Below, in pieces: positions 41,138 through 42,367 of a DNA stretch of 42,367 nucleotides. The notes beneath the pieces are model-generated. The model made no database searches and had not been told where the DNA came from. It worked only from the letters and a program-made list of their open reading frames with translations. Positions within the stretch are counted from its first letter, which is position 1; every line of letters starts with the position of its first letter. The translations under genes and the position numbers were made by a program. The DNA lies in the NCBI GenBank assembly GCA_035641605.1, contig DASQTZ010000044.1, positions 1 to 42,367 of the forward strand. Reading direction: 5' to 3'. This stretch comes from Gaiellaceae bacterium. Lineage in GTDB: Bacteria; Actinomycetota; Thermoleophilia; Gaiellales; Gaiellaceae.

Positions 41138-42285
41138 GAGAGGGGGGTTCCCTTCAGGCACCCGGCGCCCGAGACCGGGCTCGGCGGCTGGATCGCCGAG
41201 CGGCTGGTGAACATCAGCAGCACGGACGCGTTGTCGTCTCCGTCCCCGGTGACGCCAAGGCGGCAGTAGATCGTCCGATCCTTCGAGGCTCGGAACCGGA
41301 GCCAGCCGAGCTGGAAGACCTGCGCCGTCGAGAGGTCGGTGGTCAGCGGGCTGACGAGCTCGTCCCCGATGAACGGCAGCCGTACGAAGGTTCCGACGCC
41401 GACCATCTTGCCGAGCGTCGCCTGGAGCACCTGCTGCTGGCGACCGACGCGGTTGAGGTCGCCTTCGGCCCGGTTCAGGTCGTTCCTGCGGATCCGCGCG
41501 TAGATCCGCGCGCGCTTGCCGTCCATGTGCTGCCTGCCCCGGCCGAACCGCCAGCCGCCCCAGCGCCGGCACTTGTCGGCGTTGCGGTATGGGCATTCGT
41601 ACTTCGTCACCGCCGGTGACCGGACGTCGACCTCGATTCCGCCGAGCGCGTCGATCACGTCTTTGAACGACGTCATGTCGAGCAGGATGATGTGGTTGAT
41701 CTCGAAGCCGAATGCCTCGCGGACCGTGCGGATCGCGAGCGACGGGCCACCGAGCGGCAGCGACGAGTTGATCTTCTCGTGGCCGTAGCCAGGCACGTCG
41801 ACTTCGAGGTCGCGCGGGATCGAGAGGTAGGACATCCGGTGGTGGTCCGGGTCGGTTCGAATCAGCATGATCGTGTCGGCCAGGCGGTTGCCGCGGCGCG
41901 TCGGATGGGTCGAATGGTCGCTGCCGAGGACCAGGATCGTGCTCGGGTTCGAGAACATCAGGCCGTCCTGGGGCGCGAGTTGGGCCTTGGCCGCCGGCGA
42001 CAGGCGCTCGTTTGCCTTCTGGACGCCGCTGCGGACCGCGAGGTACCCCGCCACCGTCCAGCCGACCAGCAGCAGGATCAGGAGGATGACGGTGAGGAAG
42101 GCGATCCGACCCGGTCCCCAGCGGCGCTCTCGTTTGAGCGGGCCGGGCCCGCGGTAGTGCTCCGGGGGCCGACTCTCTTCGGCCGGGCGCTTGGGGATGG
42201 GTCGCGGCCGTCTCGTGAGGGTTGGGACGCCGCCCTTGGCCCGGCCGCCCCTGTAGACGCGATACGGCTTGTCGGCCCGGGCCAT
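41134..42285 (-). CDS. LCP (LytR-CpsA-Psr) family cell-envelope phosphotransferase
   Basis: N-terminal TM segment, then ILVLGSD...RADTIMLIRTDP...SIPRDL...KINS...VIDALGGIEV. Confidence 0.9.
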   Translation of the reverse strand: MARADKPYRVYRGGRAKGGVPTLTRRPRPIPKRPAEESRPPEHYRGPGPLKRERRWGPGRIAFLTVILLILLLVGWTVAGYLAVRSGVQKANERLSPAAKAQLAPQDGLMFSNPSTILVLGSDHSTHPTRRGNRLADTIMLIRTDPDHHRMSYLSIPRDLEVDVPGYGHEKINSSLPLGGPSLAIRTVREAFGFEINHIILLDMTSFKDVIDALGGIEVDVRSPAVTKYECPYRNADKCRRWGGWRFGRGRQHMDGKRARIYARIRRNDLNRAEGDLNRVGRQQQVLQATLGKMVGVGTFVRLPFIGDELVSPLTTDLSTAQVFQLGWLRFRASKDRTIYCRLGVTGDGDDNASVLLMFTSRSAIQPPSPVSGAGCLKGTPLS

Positions 42286-42311
42286 CCGGCGGGGTATCGT
42301 AGCCGCCGCTC

Positions 42312-42367
42312 GTGAGCGCCCAACGCGCCATCGGGGTCGACGTCGGCGGCACGAAGATCCTCGCCGG
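42312..42367 (+). CDS. ROK-family protein / glucokinase, N-terminal fragment (runs off the window)
   Basis: GTG start, then SAQRAIGVDVGGTKILAG, which is the ROK ATP-binding N-terminus. Confidence 0.7.
   Translation, partial: MSAQRAIGVDVGGTKILA

Noticed and set aside
40628-42352. 574-aa minus-strand ORF, plus the long plus-strand ORFs 39999-40961 and 40037-41137
   Set aside because: They overlap the well-supported LCP, PfkB and FmdB genes in other frames, and their products are Arg/Pro/Ser-rich. Only the last 94 codons of 40037-41137 (FmdB, from ATG 40853) look real.
1-42367. Searched for mobile elements, integrases, toxin-antitoxin pairs, known defence-system genes and tRNA/rRNA genes
   Set aside because: No transposase, integrase or recombinase motifs, terminal inverted repeats or cloverleaf-sized conserved gaps were seen. 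The RHH module has no adjacent toxin-like ORF. Non-coding gaps are short, and the longest (10742-11405) is filled by the acidic micro-ORFs.

Overview
Very GC-rich, gene-dense chromosomal segment with about 55 coding regions. I saw no rRNA, tRNA, CRISPR array, transposase or integrase. The gene content looks actinobacterial (inference from families, not from a search): a dnaK-grpE-dnaJ-hspR-clpB operon, Ino1/PIP-synthase/PimA-type inositol-lipid genes, an LCP protein, and an ECF sigma with an RskA-like anti-sigma factor. Layout: (1) 1-2657, ABC-2 exporter and an RNA methyltransferase. (2) 2711-9593, mostly minus strand: a secreted cupredoxin-like protein, an SPP/presenilin-like membrane protein, a UDG-like protein and an inositol-phospholipid cluster. 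(3) 9635-11388, moaA facing an array of four tiny, extremely acidic ORFs. (4) 11406-25437, an EamA transporter, a decayed phosphotriesterase gene and a long GntR-headed sugar/polyol catabolic operon, which includes a ribose-type ABC importer, four dehydrogenases, a cupin-type glucose-6-phosphate isomerase, an FGGY kinase, a decayed epimerase and a convergent KDPG aldolase. (5) 25425-33413, GrpB, an M29 aminopeptidase and the heat-shock operon. (6) 33423-36607, a cupin / ECF sigma / anti-sigma / secreted-protein module. (7) 36682-42367, small proteins, a pseudouridine-catabolism operon, an FmdB zinc ribbon, LCP and the start of a ROK kinase. The most unusual items are listed here. (a) A PimA-like glycosyltransferase is fused to a PHP phosphoesterase next to ino1 and the PIP synthase, making it a candidate for the missing PIP phosphatase step. 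(b) A tandem ribbon-helix-helix module is in frame with, and has no stop before, myo-inositol-1-phosphate synthase, and a perfect 10-bp-arm palindrome is centred on its start codon. (c) Four translationally coupled acidic micro-ORFs lie in what would otherwise be a 660-bp divergent intergenic region. (d) A secreted protein built from an internally duplicated unknown domain is followed, in the -1 frame, by an intact type-1 copper domain with no start codon. The junction is an A5 tract, a 5-nt spacer and an 8-bp GC stem, and the gene lies downstream of the ECF sigma/anti-sigma pair. All functional calls come from motif recognition by eye. No database search was run.
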